From NCBI GenBank assembly GCA_951406725.2, contig OX597827.1, positions 52,452,001 through 52,516,000 of the forward strand: 64,000 nucleotides of DNA. The letters are read 5' to 3'. The first letter of the stretch is position 1, and each line of letters begins with the position of its first letter. The notes under the pieces are model-generated. The model worked only from the letters and a program-made list of their open reading frames with translations, was not told the DNA's origin and made no database searches. Made by a program: the position numbers and the translations under genes. The DNA is from Octopus vulgaris (taxonomy: Eukaryota). Of the stretch, positions 61,333-64,000 are shown one piece after another.

Positions 61333-64000
61333 AATTATTGCCCACCCAGAATATTCTGAAGTACCCCCAGACACCAAAGTATGGCAACAGGCCTGGAAAA
61401 GCCAACTCAATACTGTAGATATTTCCAGGTGGTGAGCTGGCAGAAATGTTAGCACACAGGGCAAAATGTTTAGCGGTATTTTGTCTGTCTTTACGTTCTG
61501 AGTTCAAATTCCGCCAAAGTCAACTTTGCCTTTCATCCTTTCAGGGGTCGATAAATTTGGAGTTGATCTAATCGACTGCCCCACCCCTCAAATTTTGGGC
61601 CTTAATTTGTTCATATCTCAATTCAGTCAGTTGTTAGACACAATCAGATATTCTGAGTTAGTTCCTTGTCATATGTTAGATATCCAAGGGAAAATGGATA
61701 TCTACTTAACAACACAATCTGGAATTGAGCTTTTGGTTTTACCATGCACCCAAGGCTCGTGGAAACATTGAATGAGAAAGAAAGTTCATTTCCATGTGAG
61801 TGAACACATCTGAGTAAAAGAAAATATTCAGAATATAAGATGATTCATAGTTTTGGACAAACTTTACAAAAAGGCTTCTACAGTCATTACTCAATGCTAT
61901 AGGAATGGTCAGATATACAATACAATACCAGTTTAATAATTTACTGTTAAATATGAGAACATCATCATCGTTTCGTTTAACATCTGCTTTCCATGCTAGC
62001 ATGGGTTGGACGATTTTGACTGAGGGCTGGCGAACCAGATGGCTGCACCAGGCTCCAATCTTGATTTGGCAGAGTTTCTACAGCTAGATGCCCTTCCTAA
62101 TGCCAACCACTCTAAGAGTATAGTGGGTGCTTTTTACGTGCCACCGGCACGGGGGCCAGTCAAACGGTACTGGCAACAACCTCGCTCGAATCTTTTTACA
62201 CATGCCACCAGCACAGGTGCCAGTAAGGCAACATGTGATTAAAAAAGTGTTCAATTTAAATGGATGAGAAAGATGTGATCATTTTTTTAGTAATTTCTAT
62301 TCTTGACTATAGGAACCATGCTGGAGCATTCTCTTTTTAGACAATGATATCGACTCCTGTACTTTGGTACATATTTTATTGATGTCTAGAAATGAAACGC
62401 ATGTCATCCTTGGCATAAAAAAAGACAATTCAGAATTAAATACTGCAAGCTGCTTTTCTTTGATGCATAAAATTTGTTAATTCTATGCTAACACACGTGT
62501 GTGTATGTATGTATGTATGTATGTACGACAGGCTTTTGCAGTTTTATCCAAGTTTTACTCACAGGGTTGACTCAAGACTATGGTTGAAGGCACTTGCCAA
62601 TGGTCTCATGCAAAAAGATTGAACCCAGAAGCATGTAGTTGTGAATGGAAAAAAATGGTTTAGTTGTACAGTGTATAAATCAAGAAGAAACAACTTACAT
62701 CTTTTTAAAAATAATTATATTTAGAAAGAAAACATCTGCAAATGCTTTTATTTTTGAATCAGAAAATATATGTTTTATTCAAGTAAAGGACATTTTTGGT
62801 AAGTTATATAATATTTTTATGTATATATATAAAAAAAAAAAACCACCACCATTTTTCTCTGTGGTAGTATGACATCCATTGGTATTAATATCCCTCAACA
62901 AATAAGACAATATTAAGAGAAATTTCTATGAATAAAAGAAAAGTTTAGAATATCAAATTTTTTTTGGTCATGATAATTTCTCAATATGGAGATTATTATG
63001 AAATAATGCTCTAGGCATTCTTGATGCCATTGCTGTATAAGCACAAATCTTTAAATTTTCAAAGGAAGGAGAAAAGGGATTTGTGACATAAATGAGAAAG
63101 AAGTTGTAAACTCAGTCTGCGAAGGAATTAACTATTTATATTGTTACAATGATAGAAAAGGTGATGAGACTAATGACATGGTATATGTTATCTGGTTGAA
63201 TGCCACACATTTTCTTTGAGAAAATCTAGCAATAGTCCTGAGATCATATTTGAATCAATAATTCCTCATTATCATATAGGGTATTACAATGGCAAATTGC
63301 AGTATTTAATTATACTCTTTGTGGTCCAAGTTCAAATCCCTGCAGGTTCCCAGTTTACTTTCTGTCCCTCTGGGATTGATAGAAAAAGTTCCGGCAAGAA
63401 ATCATTGGACAGATTGGCAGAATTGTCAAAGCACTGAATAATTTGTCTTGTGATATTTGTTCTGATTCTTTATGTTCTAAGTTCAAATCTCATTGAGGTC
63501 AACTTTGTTTTCATCTTTTTCGGGGTTAATACTAGTGCTTGACTAATACTTTATCAACTTAAAAAGGATGAAAGGCAAAGTTGACCACTGTGTGATTTGA
63601 ACACAGAACACAAAATGCTGGAATGAATATAACAATGCATTTTATCCAACATTTTAATGATTTTACCAATCCTCTGCCCTATAATAATTGTTTCTAGTCT
63701 TGGCACCAGATCTCAATTTTGAGGGGATGGGGCAGTTAGTCAATTAAACTGACCTTAGACTTTGACTGGCACTTTATGTTATCGACCCTGAAAGGGTAAA
63801 AGGCAAAGTTGATCTCAGTAAGATTAATAATGTTTTATCAAATTCAGTACAGCCAACTTAAATTTTTCAATTTCAACAATAGCAACTACAAAGAAAAGAA
63901 TCAAATATATCCAAGTGCAGTCGTTAGTTCTTCATTCATAATTTCAATTGCTGTTTTGAATTGACCATTTTCACTTCAATCATATAACTAAAAGCTTTGA

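Overview
Eukaryotic, AT-rich, repeat-dense genomic DNA. The SINE families present suggest a coleoid cephalopod, probably Octopus (inference). Two intact spliced genes lie head-to-head. COX15 (heme A synthase) is on the minus strand with 9 coding exons at 23329-6186 (about 434-436 aa). TMEM230 is on the plus strand with 3 coding exons at 33960-56748 (114 aa). The rest is mostly transposable-element debris: three SINE families, RTE/CR1/R4-type LINE relics, Gypsy LTR relics, Penelope-like elements, Helitrons, and Mutator-, piggyBac-, hAT- and Tc1-like MITEs. Notable items: (1) three minimal type-I hammerhead-ribozyme motifs with palindromic helix III in Penelope-like pseudo-LTRs; (2) a 2.7-kb TIR element between the genes that carries a decayed PHD-finger plus vertnin-like OTU protease and no recognisable transposase; (3) two piggyBac-like MITEs tightly bracketing a TMEM230 exon; (4) several long intronic hairpins that could be ADAR substrates; (5) an M-box plus CLEAR-like E-box pair upstream of TMEM230. 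Most short ORFs in the six-frame track are spurious. All calls were made by eye, without database searches.
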